This document shows positions 9,332 to 19,680 of a stretch of 64,000 bases of DNA, piece after piece. The DNA is taken from positions 102,538 through 166,537 of the forward strand of contig RECE01000212.1 in NCBI GenBank assembly GCA_007694165.1, read 5' to 3'. The stretch comes from Bacteroidota bacterium (GTDB lineage: Bacteria; Bacteroidota; Bacteroidia; Bacteroidales; UBA7960). Made by a program: the position numbers and the translations under genes. Under the pieces are notes generated by a model. It was given only the letters and a program-made list of their open reading frames with translations. It had not been told where the DNA came from and did not search any database. How positions within the stretch are numbered: position 1 is the first letter of the stretch; each line of letters opens with the position of its first letter.

Positions 9332-10837
9332 TTAGTGTTTATTAAGTAGGTTGTTGTAAATATTCTCGTTATCCTCTGCCTTATTTGTTATCTTACTCAC
9401 CAAAATTGTCACAAGAAATGCAACGAAAAATGCAGGAACAAGTTCATATATAAAATCCTTGAGAAATTCGATGCGGTTCCATACCATCACTATAACAGAT
9501 CCGGATATTATCCCTGCAATAACACCCTTGCGTGTTACATTTTTCCAGTACAATGCCAGAATGGAAGTTGGCCCCAAAGCTGCACCCAGTCCTGCCCATG
9601 CAAATAAGACCAGCCAGAATACAATATCTTCGGCCAGGAAAGCCAGCACAAGAGACAGTATAACTAAAAGAAGAACAGACCACCTGCTGATAGCAACCAG
9701 TTTCTGCTGGCTGATTTGCTTTTCTTTTTGAAAGAGTTTTTCGTAAATATCTCTTACAAGTGCCGATGCCGCCACCAGTAATTGTGAATCGGCGGTAGAC
9801 ATAATGGCCGCAAAAATGGAGGCAATAACAACCCCAAACATCACAGGGTGCAGATGTTCGCTTGCAAGGGCAGGATAAAGGTTTTCTGCATCCTGAAGGG
9901 GAAGCATGGACGTATCTGGAAAATATATCCTGCCTGCCATGCCTGTAAATAAGGCTCCTGTGGCCATCAATACATTGGCAGTAGTACCCACATAGGCTGT
10001 CATCTTTAGTTTTTCAGGGTCTTTTATCGACATATAGCGGGCTATAATGTGTGGATTGCCCACGGAGCCCAGTCCGATACCCAGAAAACCAATAAGAGCC
10101 CCGGTACCCAGTGAAAAAGCATTTGTAAACTGCCCCCCAGGGGTATAAATTAGCGATGCTTGCTGGTAAAATGCAGCAAAACCACCCAGGTGGATGATTA
10201 CAATAACCGGAAGCACAAGCAGGGCAATCACCATGATAACGCCTTGTATGGTGTCAGTTACGCTTACGGCAAGAAAACCACCCACGATGGTATAAAAAAG
10301 AATGATTATGGCAGTCAGCAAAATCCCCTGAGAGGGAGTAAGATCGAAACCGGCACTGAAAGTCTTGCCGCCTGCCACAAATTGTGCTGAAACATAGGCC
10401 AGCATAAATATGATGATGATTGCCGAAACCAATGCCCTTAAAACGCCTGTGCGGTCAGCAAAGCGTTCTTCAAAAAAGTCAGGAATGGTGATACAGTCCG
10501 TTTTTTCGCTAAACCTCCTCAGGCGAGGGGCATAATAAAAGAAAAGAAAGAATTCGGCTATGATGTATCCTGCAGCTGCCCAAAGAGCTGAAAATCCCAT
10601 TGCGTAAGACATGCCGGTAAAGCCCAAAAGCAACCATGCACTGCGACCGCTCACAACAGCTGAAATGGCCACCACAAACATGTTCATTTGCCGGCCACCA
10701 ATAAAAAAGTTGCTTATACCTTTAGATGAAAAACGTGCTGCCAGCAAACCTACAACAACAATCAATACCAGGTATCCGATGAATGCGAGCAGTGCCTGAT
10801 CTCCTACATGTATTATCAGAGATTGGGGTTCTTCCAT
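9332..10837 (-). CDS. Sodium:solute symporter family transporter (PutP/PanF-like)
   Basis: 501 aa and highly hydrophobic with multiple TM segments. Overall resemblance to SSS-family proline/pantothenate symporters. Confidence 0.8.
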   Translation of the reverse strand: MEEPQSLIIHVGDQALLAFIGYLVLIVVVGLLAARFSSKGISNFFIGGRQMNMFVVAISAVVSGRSAWLLLGFTGMSYAMGFSALWAAAGYIIAEFFLFFYYAPRLRRFSEKTDCITIPDFFEERFADRTGVLRALVSAIIIIFMLAYVSAQFVAGGKTFSAGFDLTPSQGILLTAIIILFYTIVGGFLAVSVTDTIQGVIMVIALLVLPVIVIIHLGGFAAFYQQASLIYTPGGQFTNAFSLGTGALIGFLGIGLGSVGNPHIIARYMSIKDPEKLKMTAYVGTTANVLMATGALFTGMAGRIYFPDTSMLPLQDAENLYPALASEHLHPVMFGVVIASIFAAIMSTADSQLLVAASALVRDIYEKLFQKEKQISQQKLVAISRWSVLLLVILSLVLAFLAEDIVFWLVLFAWAGLGAALGPTSILALYWKNVTRKGVIAGIISGSVIVMVWNRIEFLKDFIYELVPAFFVAFLVTILVSKITNKAEDNENIYNNLLNKH

Positions 10838-10910
10838 GCGTGTGGTTTTTGAAAAACAAGCATTGATAAATCTTGCGTCTAAAGTAACAAATATTCTTTG
10901 TACTTCATAC

Positions 10911-11663
10911 TTATATTATCTCGATGCTCTCTTTTCGAATCCAGCCAATATTTCCATTGGGAAGAGATATTTCTTTCCAATCGCCCAGCGTGTTGCGAAT
11001 ATTTACCCTGGTTCCTTCATGCATGAGAAAAAGATCCGGACTCTGCGCCGAAGGAGAACTTTTTGCGGTAACCCGGGTTTGCATGATGATGGCCTCCTTT
11101 TCTGAGGTAAGCCTGTTGTATTGCTTTTGTGCAAAAATCAGCGACAATGCTCCTGAAGCAAAAACCAGCAACATTACATAAAATGAGACCTTTTTGAGTA
11201 TAACTGTTCTTGAAAAAAGATAAACGGAGGTAACACCCAGAAATGCAATGATAAGTATAATGGAGGTTATGGCCCACCCATCGCTGCCCTGAAGCGACAC
11301 GGCAGCTCTCCACCATCGGTCGTAAAACAATTCGGGGCGCTGATCAAGCCTGTCAACTATCCGGCTTCTTGCCAAAGCAAGGTTGTGAGCTGTATCTTCA
11401 TCTGAAGGTCTCAATCTCAGGGCACGCTCATAGTTTAAAATGGCTGGCCCGATCATGTTGTTTTTATAATAGGCATTGCCCAGGTTATAATACAAATCGG
11501 CAGAAACCAATCCTTCTTCAAGAATTTGCTCATACAACTCTACCGCATAACTGTATTCACTTCGCTTATAAGCCTCATTGGCTTCATTGAGCAATTCATT
11601 AGGTGTTGCAGCATAGGAATGCTGCACAAGGACCAATAAAAATAAAATCAAGTACCGTTTCAT
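10911..11663 (-). CDS. batE: BatE-like protein (TPR repeats + TM + C-terminal SH3-like domain)
   Basis: The start was moved to ATG 11663 (MKRYLILFLLVLVQHSYA). TPR segment YNLGNAYYKNN. C-terminal segment GDWKEISLPNGNIGWIRKESIE. It is the last gene of the Bat operon. Confidence 0.75.
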   Translation of the reverse strand: MKRYLILFLLVLVQHSYAATPNELLNEANEAYKRSEYSYAVELYEQILEEGLVSADLYYNLGNAYYKNNMIGPAILNYERALRLRPSDEDTAHNLALARSRIVDRLDQRPELFYDRWWRAAVSLQGSDGWAITSIILIIAFLGVTSVYLFSRTVILKKVSFYVMLLVFASGALSLIFAQKQYNRLTSEKEAIIMQTRVTAKSSPSAQSPDLFLMHEGTRVNIRNTLGDWKEISLPNGNIGWIRKESIEII

Positions 11664-11664
11664 T

Positions 11665-13494
11665 TTATGTCTGTTTGTTTCGTAAGTCCTTTTCAATGGT
11701 TACAATGGTGTTCAGCGCTTTGTGATAAATGTCTGCCATACGATCTTCCTTCTCACCCGGAGCAAAACGTGCAAATTCACAGTCATTGAGTGTTGCCATA
11801 AAACTATCAGACAATTCCTGCTTTACCTTTTTGGCCCTGAAAGCTCCCTCCACATTTTCTTTGTTGAGAATCGATACAGGTATGCTTAGCTTATCGGAAA
11901 GGTATCCCCACAAGGCCTTGAAAATTTCATCATAAAAATCATTCTCTTGCTTTTTATCCAGAAATGTCTTTGATTTCCTTAACCTTTTGCGAGCCAGTTT
12001 CTCTGCTTTTTTGTTCCTCAGAAGCTCCTGATTGGCCTGCAGTTTTATCTGATTGCGCAGGTGAATCACAAAAAAGAAAAACAGCAGGAAAGGTACAATT
12101 ATCAATATCCAGAATAAGTTGCTTCCGAAAAAAACAGAACCTGCGGGTGTAAGAACGATATTGCCTGTGCGGATATACCTGATATCGGAACCCAGCAATT
12201 TGATAGCTTCCTGGCTGATGGCGCCGGGAGTGGTGCCCGGTAAAACCGTTTCACCCGATACCTGAAGCACAAATTGCGAAATCGGTTTCCGGACATACCT
12301 TTCTGCCTGTGGATCAAAATACACAAACTCCGACTCCGGGATTACAAATTCACCGGCTGTTCGTGGAATCATCACGTAATCATAGGTTCTGGAGCCACTA
12401 ACTCCAGATGTTGTATTTCGTATGTTATCGGATATGTTGGGGTCGAATACTTCAAGGTTGGCAGGAAAATTTAAAGAAGGTTTTTCCAGCATCCTCATAT
12501 TCCCTCTGCCAGAAATGGCAATGCTAAGATTTACAGCATCGTTTACGTTAAGATCTTTTTGATTTACAGAAGCATTGACTTCAAAATCGGTACCCACCAT
12601 TCCGGAAAAAGAAGCAGGTCGGTTTTGGGTTGGCAAAGCTTTTACATTGAGGGTTAACGCATTAGATTCTATGGTTTGGCGGGCTTGACGGCCACCAAAT
12701 GCTGAGCCACTGAAAAAATCATCTATAAGGCTTTGCCGTCTTTGTGCCGGTAAACTTACCACCAGTTCCGTCTGGAGTGGTTCAATCCTCAGCTCTCCGC
12801 TGCGCTGCGGGAAGACTGCAACACGGTAAATTTCTGCAACCCGGTAGGTTTGTCCGTTAATAACCTCGGTGCGGGTTTGTGGCTGTCCGGGGGCTGTTAT
12901 ATTTTCTGTCCAGAATCCTCTGTAAGAAGGCAACCTGTCAATAGAATACTGGTTTACGGTTACCCTTGTATAAAGTGTATAGGAAATAATAACCTGCTGC
13001 CCCTGGTAGGGGCTTAGCGTGCTTGCAGTGGCTCTGATATAAAGATCGCTGTCTGAAGCTTGTGAAGGCTGTTCGGTCCTTTCCTGTGAAGGAGGGGAGG
13101 ATGGGGGAGTGGTGCCCGGCCTTACCCTTACTGTAAGTGAGTTTGAGCGGTGACTTTCGCCGTCGACGGTAATCTGTGCAGGAGCAATGGTAAAAGTTCC
13201 TTCTTCAGCACCCTGCAATACATAGGTATAGCTGAATGACTCTGTAACGGTTGTTCTTCCATTGATCATCTGCATAGAAGTACTTGATGACTGGCTGGGG
13301 CCGGAAAGCACCCTGAAACCTCTGATATCAGGGGCCCTGAAATCTGATGGCCGGGCATTTACCTGGTAGGTAAGCCTGAACCTTTCTCCTGCAGCTACTT
13401 CTGAGGGCGCCGATGCGGTGAATTCGATTTCGCCGGCCCATAATGACAGGGGGAGAAGAGTCCACAGGAATAACGTTATAATTATTTTTTGCAT
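11665..13494 (-). CDS. batD: BatD-like oxygen-tolerance protein
   Basis: The start was moved to ATG 13494 (MQKIIITLFLWTLLPLSLWA signal peptide). Large extracytoplasmic region, one C-terminal TM (LFWILIIVPFLLFFFFVI) and a basic tail. Its operon position lies between batC and batE. Confidence 0.75.
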   Translation of the reverse strand: MQKIIITLFLWTLLPLSLWAGEIEFTASAPSEVAAGERFRLTYQVNARPSDFRAPDIRGFRVLSGPSQSSSTSMQMINGRTTVTESFSYTYVLQGAEEGTFTIAPAQITVDGESHRSNSLTVRVRPGTTPPSSPPSQERTEQPSQASDSDLYIRATASTLSPYQGQQVIISYTLYTRVTVNQYSIDRLPSYRGFWTENITAPGQPQTRTEVINGQTYRVAEIYRVAVFPQRSGELRIEPLQTELVVSLPAQRRQSLIDDFFSGSAFGGRQARQTIESNALTLNVKALPTQNRPASFSGMVGTDFEVNASVNQKDLNVNDAVNLSIAISGRGNMRMLEKPSLNFPANLEVFDPNISDNIRNTTSGVSGSRTYDYVMIPRTAGEFVIPESEFVYFDPQAERYVRKPISQFVLQVSGETVLPGTTPGAISQEAIKLLGSDIRYIRTGNIVLTPAGSVFFGSNLFWILIIVPFLLFFFFVIHLRNQIKLQANQELLRNKKAEKLARKRLRKSKTFLDKKQENDFYDEIFKALWGYLSDKLSIPVSILNKENVEGAFRAKKVKQELSDSFMATLNDCEFARFAPGEKEDRMADIYHKALNTIVTIEKDLRNKQT

Positions 13495-13511
13495 AGCTTT
13501 TATAAGTTTGC

Positions 13512-14189
13512 TTACCACTGCCTTTCTGGTCTCAATGGTTGTCTTTGCTTTTCTTCTCTTTCAATTTTTTGCTGAATCTCCTGTTCCTGCTGATTTAAAG
13601 CATCCAGAATACGCTCTGCATCCTGGGGTGAAATCTGATCAGGTCTGGGGCGTTCCTGTTGTTGCTGCTCTTCATCCGGATCCCCTGGCTGCTGATCCTG
13701 CTGGTCGTCCTGTTGCTGATCATCCTGATCTCCTTCCTGTTGCTGTTGTTGCTGCTGCTCCTGCAGCAATTCAAGAGCATAGGCCAGATTGTGCCTTGTA
13801 TCGTTGTCTTCAGGTCTTATGCGCAAAGCATTTTTATATGCTTCAATCCCCTCCTGGATTTGTTGCGATCCTACATTGGCATTGCCAAGGTTGTGAAATA
13901 CATCCGCTTTTTTACTTTCCGGCAATTCCTTATGGACAAGCCCTTCAAGAATATTAGCCGCTTCTTCATATCTTCCCTGCTTATACAATGTATTGGCAAG
14001 ATTGTAAAGGGCTTTGGTATTCTGAGGATTGGCTTCCAGGGCTTTGCGAAAATTCAATTCTGCTTCCTGGAAATTTTCAGATCTATATTCCCTGGTTCCC
14101 CGTCTTATATCAGCATTTTCCTGCTGAGACAATAGCAAAGGGATATTCAAAGATGTAATGATAATAAAAAATACAATTTGTTTTAACAT
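13512..14189 (-). CDS. batC: BatC-like TPR protein with an acidic/Gln-rich tail
   Basis: 225 aa. Signal/TM segment, TPR repeats (ALYNLANTLYKQGRYEEA) and a low-complexity run QEQQQQQQQEGDQDDQQQDDQQDQQ. Confidence 0.75.
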   Translation of the reverse strand: MLKQIVFFIIITSLNIPLLLSQQENADIRRGTREYRSENFQEAELNFRKALEANPQNTKALYNLANTLYKQGRYEEAANILEGLVHKELPESKKADVFHNLGNANVGSQQIQEGIEAYKNALRIRPEDNDTRHNLAYALELLQEQQQQQQQEGDQDDQQQDDQQDQQPGDPDEEQQQQERPRPDQISPQDAERILDALNQQEQEIQQKIEREEKQRQPLRPERQW

Positions 14190-14212
14190 CTTGTCAGCAT
14201 TATTTTAAGATT

Positions 14213-15253
14213 TCACGAAACGTCAAAGAGTTTGATCCTGTTGAGCCACTTACTTTTTCTTTCAAAAATAAGAAACTCCAGCACCAGAAAGATGATAGCA
14301 AGTGCAAGGAAATAGTGGAACCTGCTTTCATATTCAGAAAAATGGGCAGTTTCAAATTCCTGCTGTTCCATCTCCCTGATTTGCTGCATAATCCGGTTAA
14401 GGCCTATATCAGCTCCTGTACCGGCTTGAAATATTCCACCGCCTTTTTCGGCAATAGCCCTGAGCATGGGCTCATCAAAACGACTTATGACGGTGTTTCC
14501 CTGTGCATCACGAAGAAACCCCGAGAGCTGATTGTTTTGATATACCGGGATAGGAGCCCCCTGCGATGTTCCTACTCCAACAGAGTGAATTACGATTCCT
14601 TGCTCACGCGCTCTTTCAACCACTGGCAGAGGATCATCCTGGTGATTTTCTCCGTCGGAAACAAGAATAATAACCCTGCTCCCTGCTTCGGAACGCGAAA
14701 AGCTGGCAATACTTCTTTCCAGGGCGGCACCAATAGCTGTGCCCTGGATTTGAATACTTTCGGTATTTACCGTCCGTAATATCATTTTTGCTGCCTCACG
14801 GTCACTGGTGAGAGGCACCTGGGTTACGGCGCTACCTGCAAATATTACCAGAGCTACCCGGTCATTCTCCAGCTGATCTATCAATCGGCCCACAGCCATT
14901 TTGGACCTTTCCATACGGTTGGGCCTGATGTCCTCGGCAAGCATGCTTCGACTCACGTCAAGGGCCACTACAATATCTACTCCGGTTTGTTTTATATCCT
15001 CGGTTTTGTAGCCAAGCTGGGGGTTCACTGCCGCCATTACAAGCGATGAGAATGCAAGCATAAAAAGAACCAGTTTCAGCCACGGTCTTCTCACTGAATG
15101 CATAGGCATCATTCGGTCAACAATTCCTGTATCGCCAAGCCTTAAAAGCTTCTTTTTTCGATGCAAATTAGCAAGGATAAAAACCAGCAGAAAAACAGGA
15201 ATTACCAAAAATAAATAGAAATACTCCTGATTTTCAAACCTTAAAAAGTCCAT
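14213..15253 (-). CDS. batB: BatB-like von Willebrand factor A domain membrane protein
   Basis: 346 aa. N-terminal TM segments, MIDAS motif DIVVALDVSRSM and a C-terminal TM. Confidence 0.8.
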   Translation of the reverse strand: MDFLRFENQEYFYLFLVIPVFLLVFILANLHRKKKLLRLGDTGIVDRMMPMHSVRRPWLKLVLFMLAFSSLVMAAVNPQLGYKTEDIKQTGVDIVVALDVSRSMLAEDIRPNRMERSKMAVGRLIDQLENDRVALVIFAGSAVTQVPLTSDREAAKMILRTVNTESIQIQGTAIGAALERSIASFSRSEAGSRVIILVSDGENHQDDPLPVVERAREQGIVIHSVGVGTSQGAPIPVYQNNQLSGFLRDAQGNTVISRFDEPMLRAIAEKGGGIFQAGTGADIGLNRIMQQIREMEQQEFETAHFSEYESRFHYFLALAIIFLVLEFLIFERKSKWLNRIKLFDVS

Positions 15254-15281
15254 ATCTAAACAATTACTTTATTATTCAAAT

Positions 15282-16277
15282 TTAAGTAGTCACCCTTAAC
15301 CATGTTTTTCTCAGAATAAACTCCAGCCCGGCCAGCATCATTGCCAGCAACACCAGTGGCAGGTATTCGTCATTTTTACGTGCAAATTCCATTACATCAA
15401 TTTTTGACCGTTCCATCTGGTCAATCTCACGGTAAATTTCTTCCAGCGCTTTTTGGTTATCAGCCCAAAAATATCTTCCACCTGTTATTCTGGCCATTTC
15501 TTCCAATAGCTCTTCATCAACAGGAATTTCAACATCCCTGTATTGTGTGCCAAAAGGAGTCTGAAAAGGGTAGGGGACCGCCCCGTGGCTGCCCACCCCA
15601 ACCGTATAAACCCTTATATTTTGCATTTGTGCAATTTCTGCTGCCGTAAGCGGGTCAATAACTCCGGTATTGTTGATTCCATCAGTTAACAGTATGATAA
15701 CTTTGCTGATGGCATCACTCTCTCTGAGCCGGTTGATAGCTGTTGCAAGTCCGTCGCCAATGGCGGTGCCATCTTCCACCATTCCGGTATGTACTGTTCT
15801 TAACAAATCGGTCAGCAAGAGATGGTCGGTGGTAAGGGGTACCAGGGTAAAACTTTCACCACTAAAAACGGTAACTCCAATCCTGTCACCCGGTCTCATT
15901 CTCACAAAATCAAGTGCAGTGGCTTTTGCTGCCTCCATGCGGTTAGGTTGAAAATCAGCAGCCAGCATCGAACCGGAAATGTCCAGCGATATTACTATAT
16001 CAATGCCTTCAATACTTACATCCTGCATACGTGAGGTAGATTGCGGCCTGGCAAGCGCAACAATGAGTAGCGAGAGCACCAGCATTCTCAGGATAAACGG
16101 GAAGTGAATCAGATTAAGCCTGGAACTTTTTCTTACGCTTTGCAGGAAAGCTGAATGTGAATATTGCATCTCTGCATGCATATAGCGGTTGCGCATAAGA
16201 TAGAATCCTGCAAGCAATGGGACTGCAAGTAAAAAATAGAGAAAGGGTTGATATTCAAATGTTATTTCCGAAAACAT
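15282..16277 (-). CDS. batA: BatA-like von Willebrand factor A domain membrane protein
   Basis: 331 aa. N-terminal TM segments, MIDAS motif DIVISLDISGSM and a C-terminal TM. Confidence 0.8.
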   Translation of the reverse strand: MFSEITFEYQPFLYFLLAVPLLAGFYLMRNRYMHAEMQYSHSAFLQSVRKSSRLNLIHFPFILRMLVLSLLIVALARPQSTSRMQDVSIEGIDIVISLDISGSMLAADFQPNRMEAAKATALDFVRMRPGDRIGVTVFSGESFTLVPLTTDHLLLTDLLRTVHTGMVEDGTAIGDGLATAINRLRESDAISKVIILLTDGINNTGVIDPLTAAEIAQMQNIRVYTVGVGSHGAVPYPFQTPFGTQYRDVEIPVDEELLEEMARITGGRYFWADNQKALEEIYREIDQMERSKIDVMEFARKNDEYLPLVLLAMMLAGLEFILRKTWLRVTT

Positions 16278-16330
16278 CCCGTATGGTTTGTTAATGATTA
16301 ATTATCCTAAAATTGTTGCCGGTAAAGGCA

Positions 16331-17299
16331 TTACACTTCTTTTTTGTTGATATCTGAATCAGCATTTTCGATGTTGGTTTGCCGGGTATCATTGACAAAC
16401 TCAAAAGCCATATCCATTGATATTTCATTATCTGTAGAACCGGGTTGGTGTTTGGCAAATTTCACCAAATCAGCAAGGGTAAGTATTTCCTGAAGACCCT
16501 CTCCGTTTTTTATCATTTCAGGTTTGTTTCTCATGGCCAGCATAATTTCTGCTGTTGTCATCTCCATGGCACCCACCTTAAATCGTTTTTCCAGATAACG
16601 ACGTATAATATCGGTCAATTGTATATGGTATTCTTTTACTTTTCCTTGCTGCCAGAGTTTTTGGGCCTTGAGTTTCTCCAGACTGCTTATGGCAGCAATG
16701 TGAGCCGGTATATCCGGCTTCTCCCATATTGATTGGGGCACGGGTTGTTTTTTTCTCTTTTTCCAGTACCTTAGGGCCAGCCATACCAGAATCACGAGTA
16801 AGATTACTCCCAGGATATAATACTTTAATTCTGCCAGGGTAACGGGAGCAGAAAGGATGTCCTTGATATCTTTGAGGTCAGTATGCTCCTCTATAGAAAA
16901 GGTGTCAACCTCAAGAAGCATGGGTTCTGATTCGATAACCAGTGTATCACCATTTTCAAGTAAAAGAAATTCTACAGGGGCAATGGCATGATAGCCTTCT
17001 TCCCATGAAGTTACGCGAAGCGTTCTTTGCAACCTCACAAATCCCCGGGTATCTGACCTTAAAGTGTCAGTTGTACCATAGTTGAGGATTTCAATTTTTT
17101 CATTGATCACTTCATTGAATACGGGCATCTGCAAAATGCTTTTTGCAGGTATTTCCACATCAAAAGTAAGGGTAACATGTTCTCCCATTACTATTTTGTG
17201 TGGATCCAGGGAGGTATTAACCTGCTGCCCGCATAGCCCGGAGTAGATAAAAAAAAGAAAAACCGTTAAACCAATCAATAAACTTTTATCCCTTTGCAT
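16331..17299 (-). CDS. Membrane protein of the MoxR/Bat cluster (possibly DUF4381-like)
   Basis: 322 aa. Signal peptide, an extracytoplasmic domain, one central TM (YYILGVILLVILVWLAL) followed by RYWKKRKK, and a cytoplasmic tail. It holds the conserved slot between DUF58 and batA. Confidence 0.55.
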   Translation of the reverse strand: MQRDKSLLIGLTVFLFFIYSGLCGQQVNTSLDPHKIVMGEHVTLTFDVEIPAKSILQMPVFNEVINEKIEILNYGTTDTLRSDTRGFVRLQRTLRVTSWEEGYHAIAPVEFLLLENGDTLVIESEPMLLEVDTFSIEEHTDLKDIKDILSAPVTLAELKYYILGVILLVILVWLALRYWKKRKKQPVPQSIWEKPDIPAHIAAISSLEKLKAQKLWQQGKVKEYHIQLTDIIRRYLEKRFKVGAMEMTTAEIMLAMRNKPEMIKNGEGLQEILTLADLVKFAKHQPGSTDNEISMDMAFEFVNDTRQTNIENADSDINKKEV

Positions 17300-17354
17300 A
17301 ATTAGCTGTTGATGTCTGGAATGAAAACGCTGGGTTGCTGATAAATCTCACCTG

Positions 17355-18221
17355 TTATATTCGTCTTTTAAAAAGGCCAATCAAAGGAGGCACATAATCC
17401 TGATGTGTTGCAATGCTGGTAAAATCCACAGATGCCTTGCGGAAAATATTGAGAAGGTATCGTTCATGATTTGCATTCCATCGGGCAAGCTCCTGTCTGA
17501 AACTGCTACTGGAGGTATCTGCCCATACCAGGCTGCCGGTCTCTGCGTCTTTGAGTCTCATAATACCTGCCGCTGGTATATGTCTTTCAAGTTCATCAAA
17601 TACCCGGATACCCACCAGATCATGTTTCTTGCTGACTATGGAGAGGGCATCTTCAAATCCCTTATCCTGAAAGTCAGAAATCAAAAATGCTATGGACCTT
17701 TTTTTTATCACATTACGCATGTATTTTAGTGCTTCACCGATATCAGTGCCTTGTTCCCGGGGTTTGAAGTCAATCAACTCCCTGATAATTCTCAGAATAT
17801 GACTTGTACCTTTCTTTGGGGGTATGAATTTTTCAATGGTACTGCTGAAAAAAATCACACCTACTTTATCATTGTTTTGTATGGCCGAAAAGGCAAGAAC
17901 TGCTGAAATTTCAGTTACCATCTCTTCTTTGAGCCTGAGCCGTGAACCAAATGCATTGGAGCCACTTACATCAATAAGCAGCATAACCGTAAGCTCTCTT
18001 TCTTCCTCAAAAATCTTGACATAGGGATGGTTAAATCGTGCGGTAACATTCCAGTCAATCGAACGGATGTCATCGCCAAACTGGTACTCCCTTACCTCAG
18101 TAAAAGCCATTCCTTTGCCTTTAAAAGCACTTTGATAGCTCCCGGCAAAAACCTGGTTGGAAATACCCTTGGTTTTTATTTCGATTTTGCGAACTTTCTT
18201 GATGAGCTCTTTGGTTTCCAT
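17355..18221 (-). CDS. DUF58-family protein (MoxR-associated, VWA-like)
   Basis: 288 aa with REYQFGDDIRSIDWNVTAR, characteristic of DUF58. It sits immediately downstream of moxR. Confidence 0.8.
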   Translation of the reverse strand: METKELIKKVRKIEIKTKGISNQVFAGSYQSAFKGKGMAFTEVREYQFGDDIRSIDWNVTARFNHPYVKIFEEERELTVMLLIDVSGSNAFGSRLRLKEEMVTEISAVLAFSAIQNNDKVGVIFFSSTIEKFIPPKKGTSHILRIIRELIDFKPREQGTDIGEALKYMRNVIKKRSIAFLISDFQDKGFEDALSIVSKKHDLVGIRVFDELERHIPAAGIMRLKDAETGSLVWADTSSSSFRQELARWNANHERYLLNIFRKASVDFTSIATHQDYVPPLIGLFKRRI

Positions 18222-18293
18222 AGAAAATGATTAGCGGAAAAGATATTTAGCCTGATAGTTAGGATTAGCTATACAGCAACCTGAAAGATACCT

Positions 18294-19277
18294 TTAAGGT
18301 ACTTCAATTGTATTGAGTATTTCAGTGATGATGTCTTCAGAAGTAACGTTTTCTGCTTCTGCTTCATAGGTAAGGCCTATTCTGTGCCTCAATACATCAG
18401 GGCAAACCGCCCTGATATCTTCAGGTATAACATATCCTCTGCGCCTGATAAATGCATAGGCTTTGGCTGCCAGAGCAATATTTATACTGGCGCGTGGAGA
18501 GCCCCCATAACTGATGAGTGGTTCCAGTTTTGAAAGTTTGTGCTCAGCCGGGAATCGTGTAGAAAAGACGATATCTGTAATATAGTTTTCTATTTTTTCA
18601 TCCAGGTAAACTTCTCTGACTACCTCTCTGGCTTTTAATATATCTTGTGTGCCCAGCACTGGAGTAGTCTTGGGAAATTCACCCATGACGTTTTGCCGGA
18701 TGATACGTTTTTCCTCTTCTTTGTTGGGATAACTGATAACAACTTTGAGCATAAAACGGTCGACCTGGGCTTCAGGCAGGGGATAGGTACCCTCTTGTTC
18801 AATGGGGTTTTCAGTAGCCAGTACCAGGAAGGGTTCCTCCAGGGCAAATGTTTGGTCACCAATGGTTACCTGTCTTTCCTGCATAGCCTCCAGTAATGCA
18901 CTTTGTACTTTTGCAGGCGCGCGGTTAATTTCATCTGCAAGGATAAAATTGGCAAATACCGGCCCTTTTTTCACCACGAACTCCTCTGACCTTTGCGAAT
19001 AAATCATGGTGCCGATAAGGTCGGCAGGTAATAGATCCGGTGTAAACTGTATACGGCTAAACCGGGCTTTAATACTGTTAGCCAGGGATTTAATAGCCAG
19101 TGTTTTTGCCAGGCCGGGCACACCCTCAAGCAATATATGGCCATTGGCCAACAGCCCGATCAGGAGTTTATCCACCATATCTTTCTGACCCACAATGACC
19201 TTTTTCATTTCCATGGACAGAATATCTACAAAGGTGCTTTCCTGTTGTATTTTTTCATTCAATTCCCTGATATCCAT
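18294..19277 (-). CDS. MoxR-family AAA+ ATPase
   Basis: 327 aa. Walker A GVPGLAKT and Walker B ILADEINR. It is the first gene of the Bat operon. Confidence 0.9.
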   Translation of the reverse strand: MDIRELNEKIQQESTFVDILSMEMKKVIVGQKDMVDKLLIGLLANGHILLEGVPGLAKTLAIKSLANSIKARFSRIQFTPDLLPADLIGTMIYSQRSEEFVVKKGPVFANFILADEINRAPAKVQSALLEAMQERQVTIGDQTFALEEPFLVLATENPIEQEGTYPLPEAQVDRFMLKVVISYPNKEEEKRIIRQNVMGEFPKTTPVLGTQDILKAREVVREVYLDEKIENYITDIVFSTRFPAEHKLSKLEPLISYGGSPRASINIALAAKAYAFIRRRGYVIPEDIRAVCPDVLRHRIGLTYEAEAENVTSEDIITEILNTIEVP

Positions 19278-19306
19278 AATATGTTTTAAAGTTTAAAATT
19301 TAGCTG

Positions 19307-19314
19307 CAAATTTA
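19307..19314 (-). promoter_or_regulatory. -7 promoter box (TAAATTTG on the minus strand) upstream of moxR
   Basis: Exact TAnnTTTG match about 30 nt upstream of the moxR ATG. Confidence 0.4.
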
Positions 19315-19680
19315 GAATAGTCGTAGCCTGATTCGTATTTTTAACAAGTTAAAGTATGTTAAGCCGCTGGTTAAAAAAAATTAGCGAGTCTTTGCCAGGT
19401 AAAAACATGCGGTATTTAACAATACTTTAACCTCTCAAAAACAGCATTCCCTTTTTTTTATATTAAACATTGGCCTAAAGCATATACTTTCACAATTGAA
19501 GGTATGCATTTCAAACAATGAACGCCACGTTAATAATAACTTAAGGAATGGAGAAAAATTTGATTCCAGACAAAAAAAAACCGGGAAAGCTTTCCATTTG
19601 CATGGAAGATTTAATAATGCGGCATAATTTGCTTGTATTGTGTATATTTGTGATGATTATTAACCCCAAAATTTACAACT

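Noticed and set aside
13630-13770. A CAG/CAA-rich repetitive DNA stretch that might look like a microsatellite or repeat element.
   Set aside because: It encodes the poly-Gln/Asp/Glu low-complexity tail of BatC in frame. This is a common feature of BatC-like proteins and not a separate element.
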